From the NCBI GenBank assembly GCA_030390025.1, contig CM059431.1, forward strand, positions 112,532,001 to 112,596,000: a stretch of 64,000 bases of DNA, written 5' to 3'. A program made the position numbers and the translations under genes. This document shows, piece by piece, positions 52,324 to 64,000 of this stretch (position 1 is the stretch's first letter; every line of letters starts with the position of its first letter). The stretch comes from Squalus acanthias (lineage: Eukaryota). The notes under the pieces were generated by a model, which saw only the letters and a list, made by a program, of their open reading frames with translations, was not told the origin of the DNA and searched no databases.

Positions 52324-52856
52324 TATCAGGTCATCTCTTCTCTTTTCTCGAGACTGGCACACCATTTAATGGTATTTAACCTCCTAGTGGATAAGAGACA
52401 CATCCCCAGCCCTTCAGGCAGCATTACAGAGTTAAATGCTCAGCAATGAGGTTTAGGAACAAAAAGGTAGATTGTAAATATATTGAATACACAGTGGGGC
52501 AAATAAAGGTCATCACTTGGATTAGACTTTCTGAGAACTCAGTGCTGCAGGAACGTTAAACTATTTTTTCTATATTTTTATTTCACATTTTCTTTGATAA
52601 ATGTGAGTTTTCATCTCCAGATTCGGCTGTTTTGGTTTTGCTGCGGATGATACGGGACTAGCAACAGCAGCAGCTGCAGGGATCCTGAAACGTTGTTCAC
52701 AGGACGCAGCTGTGAGTCAGGAAGCAATTCATGTGACTCCGGCTCGGAAACAGGAACCAGCCTCATTCTGCACTAGGCTGAGATCAGCAGCGGGGGGCGG
52801 GGGTTGTGTATTTATTCCGAGGCGCTGAGCTGAGCCCGGCCCCGATCGCTTGGAGG

Positions 52857-52960
52857 ATGGGGATAGCCCTATGGAGCGTCGCCTGCCTTTGCCTAGCTTT
52901 GCAGCGAGCCTCCAGCGCTGTTGCTGCCCGGGGACCTCAGACATGGCCAGTGCCTTACAG
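52857..52960 (+). CDS. CLN5: CLN5 exon 1 (signal peptide)
   Basis: ATG 52857: MGIALWSVACLCLALQRASSAVAARGPQTWPVPY(R)|gtggg. The WPVPY motif ends CLN5 exon 1 in human. Phase 2 matches exon 2. GC-rich context. Confidence 0.88.
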
Positions 52961-53803
52961 GTGGGTGTAGCCCGTCCTGGACTTGTTTCGGTTCCTGGCT
53001 CTGTGGAATGCGGAAGTGTTCCTTCAGGGCTGTAGCAGTGCATTGCAAATAAGTTTCAGATTTGGAGATGAAACATTAATAACAGCAATTGCCACTGTTT
53101 CTTTCTAATAATCTATAGCTTGGGGTTAATTACATTACTTCAGTGAAACTATAACAGCCCCTTGGGGCCTTTGGAAGTTCAATTTCTTCATGAGAAAAGC
53201 AACAACTACTTGCATGGGAACGGTAGCATAATGGTTATGTTACTGGACCAGTAATCCAGAGGCCTAGACTAATGATCCAGAGACGTGAGTTCATATCCCC
53301 CATAGCAGCTGTGGAATTTAAATTCAGTTAATTAAATAAATCTGGAATAAAAAGCAAGTATCAGTAATGGTGACCATGAAACTAACGGATTGTCATAAAA
53401 ACCCATCTAGTTCACTAATGCCCTTTAGGGAAGGAAATCTGCCGTCCTTACCCGGCCTGGCCTATATGTGACTCCAGACCCACAGCAATGTGTTTGACTC
53501 TGAACTGGCCTAGCAAGGCAATTAAGATGGGCAATAAATGCTGGCCTAGCCAGCGACGCCCACATGCTGTGAACATATTTTAAAACATAGTGCCTTTAGG
53601 GTAGTAAAATGTCCCAAGGCACTTCACAGGAGTGTTATCGGAGACATTAGGGCAGAAGCTTGGTCAAAGATTTAGATTTTAAGGAGCATCGTAATGGAGG
53701 TAGGCCAATGGTGGAGTAATTAAGATTGCAATTGAACATATAAACAGACACTCGAACATATAAACAGACACTCAGCAAGTCAGGCAGCATTTGTGGAAAC
53801 AGA

Positions 53804-54549
53804 GGCCCGGAATTTGCGGTCAGGATGATGGCGAACTGGCAACGTTCGCCGTCATTCCGCCTTTGAAAATGAGACCCCGCAACTTCAGAAATCTCGAAGT
53901 TGCGGTCTGTCAATGACAGCTCCAAAACTGGCTGCGCTGGCCCCGCCCCCCCACCCCCCCACCCCCCACTGAGCCGGCAATCAGTGAAATCTCATAAAAC
54001 GTTAAAACTGACAAACTTTGGCTCTTTCGCAGTAAGTCCGCTGTTAAATTCCCCACTAAAAGTTAGACCCAGAGGGATTAGGTGTAACTGGGGTTTTAAC
54101 AGCGTATTGACTGCTAAACAAAGGTTAAGGGCCTGGAAAATGAATTTTCATTTTGCGCAGTGTGAAATTTGTCCATTTTTTAAGAAACTTTTCAAAAAAA
54201 TGAATTTAATTTTTGTTTTCCGTTTGTCCATTTTTATTTCAGGTTTGCCTTTTCCCCAATGTGAGAACCCCAATCTTTTGCTCTCTAACTATTTAAAAAG
54301 TTAGAATTTTAAGAGTGTACTCCGTTCCTTGTTCGCTGTCTGTGAGAATTCTGCCTTTTGATTGGCTGCTTAGACAGCCTGTTGACGTCACAGCAGTTCG
54401 AACAAGGGGATCCTCTGCTACAGTCCATTGAACTGAGGATCGGTAAACCCGAAGTTCTCAACACAGGGATTGCGAGATCCTTGTGCGGAGCGTACTTCGG
54501 GGCCAGCAGTGAACGTCTTCGCTTTGTTACTGACCGCAAATATCGGGCC
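53804..54549. mobile_element. Harbinger-type MITE inserted into a family A repeat, in CLN5 intron 1
   Basis: TIRs ggcccggaatttgcggtcag / ctgaccgcaaatatcgggcc. 3-bp TSD AGA. Removing it restores gaaacagagttaacgtttcagg. Confidence 0.88.
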
Positions 54550-55326
54550 AGAGTTAACGTTTCAGGTCGGTGACCTTGCGCCTGACCTGCCGAGTACTTC
54601 CAGCACTTTCTGTTTACATTTCAGATTTCCAGCATCTGCAGTATTTTGCCTTTGCAGCTGGACAGTTCATTTTAACTTAAAAGAGGAAACATTTCACTTT
54701 TTAATGCAAAATAAAAACTTACCCGTGCCCAGTGTTGCAAACAAAATCAAGGCTGAGGTGACAGTGAATTGTACGGGTCTGGTGAGAGGACTGTTAGGAG
54801 TGACAATATACTTTAATACGTCACTCTCCGCAAGTTGGCCTGAAAGGTGGAGACTGACTGAGTACATTTATTTTTCCCTGGTGGGTCCCACCTTCTCAAG
54901 GAATAGCAGATGCAGTCTCATGAGCACATTTACTAACAAGCTTTGTAATGGCTTTTCATCAAGTCTTGTTTCTAAAGAAGCAGCAACTGTCCCGATTAAC
55001 AGAAGTCCTTTGTCCTGTCTACGGAGCAGTTTAGTCCACTGCACATCGATCCAGTGACATTTTTATTTCACCGTGAACTGGTGGATAAAACTCTTGATTG
55101 TGTGATTTCCTGAAACAAGAAAAAAAAACTGTTAGGCAGAGGGGAAAGATGGGGCTTGAGAACTCCCCAGACTGTATACTAAATAAGATAAGGAAAAACT
55201 GCTGCCATTGTGCACAGTTCACTAATCCTCCATGTCGGTACAAGTGCTATTAAAAGAGAGTCATTTAAGATCACAAAAACCTATAGGTTCTACAGGGCTT
55301 GACATTAGATTGCTTAGACTTGGCCA

Positions 55327-55583
55327 TAAGGTTGCCAACTCTGGTTGGATTTATGCCTGGAGATATCATTATATGACCTCCTGCCCTCAAACAGCTAACC
55401 CCCCCTTCCCCCCCCAAAGTCTCCAGTATTTTTTAATGAATTAACAAAAGTTTTAAAAAAAAGGAAATAGTTTTTTTTAATGCCCCCAATGCTTTTTCTC
55501 CCGGGTTACTCGCAGCAGTGTCCAAGAGATTAAACTTTAATTCCTGCAGACTCCAGGGCAATCTTGGAGGGTTGGCAACCCTA
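55327..55583. mobile_element. hAT-type MITE
   Basis: TIRs taaggttgccaac / gttggcaacccta. Perfect 8-bp TSD cttggcca. Confidence 0.88.
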
Positions 55584-55770
55584 CTTGGCCACGGAACTGA
55601 CCCCTGTCTGAGATGAGATATTCTCCATGTGGGTGAGGAGCACCTCCTGCTTCATGTTAGATCACCGGACTGTGAATTTTTCAATTCCCCCCACCCCCCC
55701 CCCCCCCCCCACAAGAGTTCTTGTATAAATTTGTAAAATGATTTCACTTTACAATACTTCTATCTAATTT

Positions 55771-56160
55771 TGAGACTAATAGAGGTCTTTAAAATTATGA
55801 AAGGTTTTGATAGAGTAGATACAGAGAGAATGTTTCCACTTGTGGGGAAGAGCATAACTAGAGGCCATCAATATAAGATCATCACCAAGAAATCCAATAG
55901 GGAATTCAGAAGAAACTTCTTTACCCAAAGAGTGGTGAGAACGTGGAACTCGCTACCACAGGGAGTGGTTGAAGCGAATAGTATAGATGCATTTAAGGGG
56001 AGGCTAGACAAGCATATGAGGGGGAAGGGAATAGAGGGTTATCCTGATAGATTTAGATGAGGAAAGACGGGAGGAGGCTCGAGTGGAGCATAAATGCCGG
56101 CATGGACTGGTTGGGCCGAATGGCCTGTTTCTGTGCCGTATATCCTATGTAATCCTATGA
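55771..56160 (+). mobile_element. CR1 LINE 3' end, about 50 bp upstream of CLN5 exon 2
   Basis: LIEVFKIMKGFDRVD...FFTQRVVRTWNSLPQGVVEA. Confidence 0.85.
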
Positions 56161-56210
56161 TGTTTGATGGTGTTTTATGGAATTGCATGTTGACATCATT
56201 ATCTTTTCAG

Positions 56211-56385
56211 ACGATTTGATCATCGGCCCAAAGCTGATCCATTCTGCCAGCCCATATACCCATTCTGCCCCACAGGCTCTCCTGATGGGGAGATTCCTCA
56301 GATGAAAGACCAGGATATCATTGAAGTCTATCGGCTTCAGACTCCCGTCTGGGAGTTCAAATATGGAGATCTGCTTGGACATTTT
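56211..56385 (+). CDS. CLN5: CLN5 exon 2
   Basis: ttttcag|A then [58 protein letters not shown]|gtgag. 175 nt. Confidence 0.95.
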
Positions 56386-57527
56386 GTGAGTATTTGCAAT
56401 ATTAAATCTCTTTATAATAAAAAAAAATGAAGCAGTTATTTTTTTTTGTAATGACCCAACAAATGGTACGGTGTACTCCACATAGAATCATAGAATGATA
56501 CAGCACAGAAGGAGGCCATTCGGCTCATCATGCATGTGCCGGCTCTTTGTTAGCGCTATCCAATTAGTCCCATTTCCCTGTAGCCCTGTCATTTTTTTCT
56601 CCTCAAGGATCGATCCAATTTTCCCCTGAATGTTAACATCGAATCTGCCCCGTCAGCCCCCCCCAGGCAGTGCATTCCAAACCACAGCAACTCGCTATGT
56701 AAAAAATATTTCCTCATGTTGCCTCTGGCTCTTTTACAAATCACCTTAAATCTGTGTCCTCTGGTTACATGACTCTGCAGGGATATCCAGTGCAGATTTT
56801 CCAGCTGTCAGAACAAGGGTAACCATGACCCTAAAATAGGCTGCAACTTTCAAACTTCGTGTCCCCTAGTTCTTTTTCTTTCCAAATTGTCTGAGACATC
56901 TTTCTGTATGTGAGGAGGTGCTATGTGTTGCCATGATCGGGTTGCAATGAGGGGGAGTAGCCTCTGCTGAGGTTCCCAATGGTGGATGGGGTCTGGCGCA
57001 CGTCTGTGCTGTGCTCCGGAGGGTGGTGCAGATGTACTCATTGTTTGGTGCTGTTTATCAGGCCATTTGCGAGGGGCTCTTGAGCACTATGTGCGGCAGG
57101 TTCTGCTATTGCAATTGATTAGAATCACTTCATTTTTTGAACACTTTATCTGCGTGAATAAAATGAACTGCATGAAACAGTGGGGTTAAATGAGATGCAA
57201 ATTGATGGCCGTTCATTTTAATAGTCAGATTGCAAAGAAAGTGTTATAATATGCTTAATGAGGTATGAACTTTGGCAAATGTAGGACATATACCAAGAGG
57301 TCCCACTTTTTGCCTTTATTACATTTAGATGTAACTTGTTCCAATTTGCAACAGAAAATGCAAATTTTCTACAGGATACCCACCCCAGATGATGTTGGAT
57401 AGTAGCTTACTCAAAAGTGCATCAAGGAATCTTGTAAATAGGTAGAGTCTAGGCAGATATTATTTGAGGGTTTATGTTAATGGTGACAGATGATCATTGA
57501 TTTGGTGTATTTTTTTTCTGATCGCAG

Positions 57528-57753
57528 CAAATTATGCATGATGCAATTGGTTTCCGGAGCACTTTGACAGGCAAAAACTACACGATGGAGTGGTATGAGC
57601 TCTTTCAGCTTGGGAACTGCACCTTCCCACATCTTCGACCTGGTATCGAGGCTCCTTTCTGGTGCAATCAGGGAGCTGCCTGTTTCTTTGAGGGAATAGA
57701 TGATTTACATTGGAAAGAAAATGGGTCCTTGGTAAAAGTATCTGAAATAACAG
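57528..57753 (+). CDS. CLN5: CLN5 exon 3
   Basis: cag|[75 protein letters not shown](G)|gtaag. 226 nt. Confidence 0.96.
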
Positions 57754-59167
57754 GTAAGTGTGTTGGTTAACAAACCAATATATACAAGGATCAATTGGCT
57801 GTTCAGAAAGGTACTTTCATTAACCAACACTCGAAAGGATTCACACGATTAAAGGATGATATTTAGAATAGGTTGAGTAGCAAACATAAAATTAATATGC
57901 ATTTTAAAAGCAATAAAAGCCCAACAAAATGTTTTAAAATGCTAGCATAAACTGCATAATTCAGTTTAAACTGCAGTGCCCAATAGCCGAATGCTCTTGG
58001 AATGGAGGTCTTCACTTAACTATATTAGGGAAAAATTGCCATTTGAATCAGCCTATTTGGAACACATTTCTTTCTAGCGGATTCAACATTGCGAAGTGTA
58101 CAGTTTATTAACATTTGCGCTGAACTCCACTTTTTCCTACTAGTCTCTGCTGGTGATGAGGAATAGTAAATGGAGCGAATTTAACCTAATTTGCTTAAAA
58201 TCATGTGAAATCCAGATACTTTCCTCATTCTTTGAATCTTGCAAAGCCCTTGATATTACACAAGGTCAGTGGCAAAATGCAATTTTGTCACAAGTTGGCC
58301 TTGTTACTCTGGAACCTGCCTTGTAAATAACCCAGCTGTGTTATTACAAGAACCTTGCACTTTGTCACTTTGAGAGCTTCTTCGTAATCTTTGTACATTG
58401 CTGGACGGAGTTCATTGATCGCGTGGAGGCCTCTGGATTTCACCAGGAAAGATTTACTGTTGAGCACATTGTGTGCTAAGCTGGAGGTTTACGATTCGAA
58501 TTAAGCTGCTAACAATGGACTAGTTTGTGCCTGGGTGGTTTATCTGTTGAAAGTGGCTGTCTGATACTGGGAATACAAATGGCAGCTCAGCAGCAGAGCA
58601 CAGATAATGTAGAAACTTCAAAGAATGGCATTATAAACTTAACGTTGGTGTTGAAATCAGCAGCCACTGCATAGCTGCAGCTGATACTGCCCTTGTGTGC
58701 ATTACTGCTGATAATGGCGCTCAGGTTTTAAGTTGGTAATTCTGTTCCTGTACGTTGCATGCTTGGAAGATCAGCTGTAGCTGCAGCGTATCGTGTAGCC
58801 AGAGTACAGGTACAATTGAGTCTGGCACCCGAGTACAGCAATCTTGTGCAACATCTCAAATCTCAAACCAAGTTAATTACTTGCAATAGATGCCAATTTC
58901 TGATTAAAGCAGCATTGATATATGCTGTAAACAATAGATTTATTGTTGAATCTAATGGGTTTATTTTGGAATTTGAGATTCTGCCTGGTGTCAGCAGTTG
59001 TGTGCACTGATCTAAGTGGAGCTGACTCATTTTGAAAACAAAAATAAGGCTGTCGGAATAATGAGTAAAGGAAAGTAGTGTTGTTTAATCAGCTTGATTC
59101 AGCCCCAAGTTAAAGAATATTCTTTTTTAAAAAACAACAGACTAGCGACATTAAGGGCAAAAACAGC

Positions 59168-61304
59168 AGCCTAGAAATTCCAGTGCGCTGAAAAGCTGCC
59201 GGTGCCACCACGGGTCGCAGTTGACTGCCGTCTGAATTAATCGGGCAGGCAGCACCGGTATTTTGGTGCTGCCTGCTAATTTAAATTAGCGCAGCCCTAA
59301 ACTTACTGTGTAAGGCTGGTTTTCGGGCGCTACCCTCAGTGTAGCGTGGCCATAGCGTCCCTGGAGCAAGAACAGCGTGAGCTTAAAGCTAGCCTGCCAT
59401 TTTAAAGGGGAACTGCCTTCTAAAATTAAAAAATTAAAATCATTTAAAAATAGGCAGTTTATAGCCCTTCGAGCTCAACTGCCTTCTGGAAAAAAAAAAT
59501 AAACAATAAAAATAATTCTCAAACGGCAGTCTCCAGCTCTTAAAGCTGAATTGCCTTCTGCACCTAAAAAATTGGTAAAAGTGCTTCAGCACTAAAATAA
59601 ATGGCTCAACAAGCCAGGGAAGGGGCACTCCAGCTTTCTCCAGGGGGGTCAACACTGCAAGAGAGGTCCTCTACCCAAAGGGGCCAGGAAGCCCTCCAGA
59701 AAGAAGGATGTGGGACCAGATCTCTGAGGCCATCGCTGCCAGCAGTGCCGCACCCACGACCAGGCTCCAGTGCCCAAAGAAGCTTCATGACCTCAGACCA
59801 GTGGTCAAGGTCAGTGAATGCACCTTCAAAAGCCGTCTCCTATCAACTGCACCACTAGCCTCCCACACTGCTCATTGCACGACCCCCCCCCCCCCCCCCA
59901 CCCACCCACATCACTCACCTACCAAACACGAGGCACATCTCACATTCCAAACTTCACCTCACCCATTTGGAGGAGATGGTGCTGGCCATTCTTGGCAGGG
60001 GCATTGCTGAGCCCTTGACCAGCGGCAAGACTGAAAGGATACAAGATGTTTGTATCCTCATACGTTATTCTCCTTCTCGCATACATCTCTTGCTTTCCTG
60101 CCCTCCCCTCCCCACAACTTCACCCTTGTGCCTTCCTCATTTTACACACCCAAGAAATGCAGCCTGCCCAGCCAATGGTTGACCAATAAGAGCGAGAGGA
60201 GAGTGAAGAAGAAGAAGAAACACCGTCACTTGATTTCACACACCCAGCCACCAGGTGGCCCAGCAAGGCCATCTGTAGTGTCTCCCACTGAAAGTCAGCA
60301 GCCTTCCACCAGCCATGTTGCAGCCACTGGGGTAGCACTGCGTGACATCACTAGGATAGGCAAAGGCACACACAAGACAGTCACTAATCGAATGCACAAG
60401 GGTGATTAGTTGATTTCTTGATGTCATATTGGATGGATAGATGTATAAAGTTGGATTGGAAAGTTTGCTTTGTGATGGCTTTTATTTCAGCATTGTGGCC
60501 AAGAGGACACTGCGATGGTTAGTAACAGAGAAAAGGTAAGGTGTGCGACAAATGTTGAAAGGGGAATTCAGGTTGTGGTCACTGGTACCGCAGACGGATG
60601 ATTCCATCCCGGATATTCGCGACAGAAAAGGGCTGTCTGGGTTGCATCCTTCCTTCTGCTTCCTCCTCTTCTGCGTCTTCCTCTTCTCTCTGCGAGGGCA
60701 TGCTGGAAATCTGAAATAAATGCTGGAAATACTCAGCAGATCAGGCAGCATCTCAACCTGAGATGTGAACACTGTTTCTCTCTCCATGGATGCTGCCTGA
60801 CCTGCTGAGTATTTCCAGCAATTTCTGTCTTCTCAGAGGCCTTCCTTTACCATCCGAGGCCTTGCAAGCATCCAGCAGCACTCCCTGCACACTTTAAAAA
60901 CTTTTAACATCTATTGCACCAAGCCACCAGTTCAATTAAATATTATTTTTAAAGTCCAAAAATCTTAAATCCAAACTTACCTGAAAGATGTGTGTGTTCC
61001 TTTAAGTAGCGCTGACAGCGTCTCCGTAGGTCTATTGCATGCCCGTCTTTCTGAGCGAGCTTAGGGCCCAGCATTAAAGTCAGTGCAAAGGTCCAAGTTT
61101 GCAGAGCGTGGCACGACGACTGACGTCACACTCTGCTGTTTTGCATTTCTAGGGCCAGTGCTGCTAACGGCAGCGCTATCGCCCTAAGCAAAATGATGGC
61201 CGCCGAGTCCCGCGCCAGAGGCGGGCGGAAGTAAGGCAGCCATCATTTTTTTTCACAAAATGGGCCTTACCGTAGAGAGCGGTAAGTACCCGAATTTCTT
61301 GGCC
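59168..61304. mobile_element. Non-autonomous Harbinger-type element, second copy of the 45-2171 family in inverted orientation
   Basis: TIRs agcctagaaattc / gaatttcttggcc. Degenerate Myb exon 59601-59809 (+) (WDQISEAIAASS...CPKKLHDLRPVVK|gt). Contains a family A repeat at ~60700-60830. Confidence 0.8.
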
Positions 61305-62978
61305 GACGTGTTTGTTTTGTGGACACATTCTGACGTTTGAATATAAAAACAAGGCTTTTAATTAAAAAAAAAATGTAACCCAGGCATTTTAATATAGAAT
61401 CGAAGTTAGCACAGAAGGAGTTCAGCCTATTGTGTCTGTGCTGGATCTTTGCAAGAACAATGTGAAACTAAGCCCACTGCCCGGTTCTCCCCCTAGCTCT
61501 GTATCGCCAGCTTCAAATGTTTATTAAGTCTTCCCTCACAAGATGCAATGGCCTCTGCCTCAACTATTCTCTATGGCAAAGCATTTCGCGCTCCAATAAA
61601 ACAACCTTCTGCGTGAAAAAAATTCTTCATGCATCTCAGCTCACTCTGGTACTGACGATTGTAAATGGATGACCCCCCCTCATCACTGACTCCTGCAATC
61701 AGGGGAAATAATCTTTCTCTCTTCACTCGATCAACATCATTTAAAAAATCTCTACCAAGTCTCCTCTCGGCTTTTCCTGCTCCGGTGAAAATAGTCTCAG
61801 TATCTCCAGTCGTTCCTCATGACTAGTTTCTTATCTTTGGTGTCATCCTAATATGCATTCATTTATTCAAGTTCATTAAAACTGCAGTTACCTCTTGGGC
61901 TCTCCTGTCCACAACCAAAATGTAAACTTCTTCATATATGAATGTGATCAATGTTAACCTATACAATATAGCAGGCTTTCACATTGAGATTGTTTCAAGG
62001 CCTGTAGCCTACAGTATGGCTTAGATTAACTGAATGTATTCTTATTATGGTACTTTCAGAGAAGGAACCTCTCAAATTGTTTATGTCATACACATACAGA
62101 ACTTTTTGGGGCTTTTAAAAAAAAAAAAATCAGGACTGATTTTTTCCTGACCTTTGCCCCTGCTGAATGCTTAATCCCTTGGCACAAAGGTCAGGAAAAA
62201 AGAGGGTGGAGACCTGTTATACTGCCCTTTAATAGCTGTGGGCCCATCACAATGATTTAAATGAGGCTTAAAGGGGTGTTCCCAGCCTCCTGCCTCTTCC
62301 TCACCCACCCCCCCCCCCCCCCCCCCCCACCCATAGTTGTAGTGATGGAGCAGTCAGAAACAGGGGTAACCCAAAAATTGTGCGCTGGGTATCCCCCCTC
62401 CCCACCCCCCCAGACCGGAAGGCCTGGGGCGGGGTGGTAACAAGCCGAGGAGGCTCCACACAAGGTGAGCTATACAATTTTTAAAACTTTGCTCCGTTGG
62501 ATTTTTGGGCTTCGAGGCCCTGAGGCTGACGATAACTGCAGGCCTTTCAAGCTATATTAATGGCCCGGGACAGGAAATGTAGGCACCCCTGAACATGGAG
62601 AGGCGGGCTGGTCTGCAGTTGTATTGATTCCTACTTATTACTGTGGAGCCAGGAAATCGACCTCCTTGTGACCTTTGTGCCTAGGGGCAAATGTCAGGAA
62701 AAATCAGCCCCGATTCGTTTTTTGAGGCATTTAAAAAAAAAAGTCTATAGAAATCTGTATGTATATGACCTAAAAGAAAAAGAAAGACTTGCATTTATAT
62801 AGCGCCATTTATGACCACTGGGCGTCCCAAAGCGTTTTACAGCCTAATATGAACAATTTAATTGGTTCCTTCTCTGAAAGTGCGGGAATAATAGTAACAA
62901 ATCGGTTAAACTAAGCCATACTGTAGGCTACAGGCCATGAAACAATCTCGATGCAAAAGCCTGACATTGTATAGGTTA

Positions 62979-63378
62979 TGATGCGGAGATGCTGGTGTTG
63001 GACTGGGGTGGACAAAATTGAGAGGTCGCACAACACCAGGTTATAGTCCAACAGTTTTATTTGAAATCACAAGCTTTCGGAGCTATCGATCGCCCCTTCC
63101 TCAGGTGAAGTAGAGAAATACAGACTCGACAAAGCATATATAGATAGAGAACAATGCATGTGTGCCTTACAATTGCAGACAACTAAATTAAATCATCCTG
63201 ATGATTTAATTTAGTTGTCTGCAATTGTAAGGTACACATGCATTGTTCTCTATCTATATATGCTTTGTCGAGTCTGTATTTCTCTACTTCACCTGAGGAA
63301 GGGGCGATCGATAGCTCCGAAAGCTTGTGATTTCAAATAAAACTGTTGGACTATAACCTGGTGTTGTGCGACCTCTCA
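62979..63378. mobile_element. Penelope-like inverted terminal-repeat insertion (family B), near-perfect foldback
   Basis: 182-bp arms (63016-63197 and 63200-63381) with one mismatch and a 2-nt loop. 13-bp TSD attgtataggtta (62966-62978 and 63379-63391). Confidence 0.85.
63289..63330 (+). ncRNA. Minimal type I hammerhead ribozyme motif, sense to the CLN5 pre-mRNA
   Basis: TCAC-CTGAGGA-A-GGGGC-GATCGATA-GCTCC-GAAA-GCTT-GTGA. Activity untested. Confidence 0.65.
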
Positions 63379-63822
63379 ATTGTATAGGTTAACATTGATC
63401 ACATCCATATGAAGAATTTTACACGTAGAATAGTACATTTTCCAATCTTATGTTGCTAGTGTCTTATTCTATCAGAATCCACTATCTTGGAAGAAAGTTC
63501 CTTGTAATGTTATGATGACATTAGAGGAGTATATTATTTTACTTTGTACATTGTTCAGGACTGCAACAAGATTCTGAAATGCTCCTGAAAATGTCATGAA
63601 ATAATTTAAATAGGCAAAAATTGTGTTTTTTAATGATTGTGCCTGAATTTTCAGTTTATAGTCTATACGAGTCTCACTAGAATTCACGCGTCCCAGTAGC
63701 TACTTAAGCTCTGATCTTGCAATTTAATATCCTCTCAAACCTTTGATTTGGGTTTCTCTCAAGCATTCATGAATATACATATATAATTTACAGAAGTTTG
63801 TTTTAATATCATGTGTAACTCT

Positions 63823-63940
63823 TGTTTCCCACATTACAACAGTGACTCCACTGCAGAAGTACTTCATTGGCTGTAAAGCGCTTTGAGACGTCCGGTGGTC
63901 GTGAAAGGCGCTATATAAATGCAAGTCTTTCTTTTCTTTC
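63823..63940 (+). mobile_element. DeuSINE 3' fragment next to the CLN5 exon 4 acceptor
   Basis: tttcccacattacaacagtgact...ggcgctatataaatgcaagtctttcttttctttc. Confidence 0.85.
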
Positions 63941-63952
63941 TTATCTTATCAG

Positions 63953-64000
63953 GTGAAATATTTAACAAACTGGCCAAGTGGGTGAAGGAGGATAATAAAA
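63953..64000 (+). CDS. CLN5: CLN5 exon 4 (5' part; continues beyond the window)
   Basis: tcag|GT gives (G)EIFNKLAKWVKEDNK, matching human GNMFNQMAKWVKQDNE. Phase 1 fits exon 3. Confidence 0.9.

Larger units (their letters stand above)
61920..63424. mobile_element. Long-TIR foldback element in CLN5 intron 3 with nested insertions
   Basis: 61920-62190 is a diverged reverse complement of 62670-63424 once the SINE tail (~62772-62845) and the Penelope-like insertion (62979-63378) are removed, e.g. ggcctgtagcctacagtatggcttag / ctaagccatactgtaggctacaggcc. Confidence 0.75.

Noticed and set aside
54470..55057. 195-aa plus-strand ORF in CLN5 intron 1
   Set aside because: Runs across a MITE end, a repeat remnant and unique intron sequence; chance read-through.

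Overview
Eukaryotic (vertebrate) genomic DNA. The Deu-domain/SacSINE1-type and HE1/V-SINE-type SINEs plus abundant CR1/L2 LINEs point to a cartilaginous fish (inference). Host genes, in order: single-exon KCTD12 (minus strand, 10458-11321); a four-exon GATD3/ES1-like (DJ-1/PfpI superfamily) gene (minus strand, 30791-40120) with canonical splice sites but two frameshifts and changed active-site residues, so probably a pseudogene; and CLN5 exons 1-3 plus the start of exon 4 (plus strand, 52857 to the window end). ACOD1/IRG1 lies between KCTD12 and CLN5 in human but was not recognised here. The rest is dense in transposable elements. (i) PIF/Harbinger-type deletion derivatives keep a spliced Myb/SANT-like gene but appear to have lost the transposase core; one is nested inside another Harbinger-type element. 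(ii) There are several Harbinger-type MITEs with 3-bp TSDs and hAT-type MITEs with 8-bp TSDs. (iii) Two families of short Penelope-like/retrozyme-type repeats carry minimal hammerhead ribozyme motifs, and several copies form near-perfect foldback hairpins, one inside CLN5 intron 3. No prokaryotic features or CRISPR arrays were seen. Exon, TIR and TSD coordinates were counted by hand; SINE/LINE boundaries are approximate; family names come from recalled similarity, not database searches.
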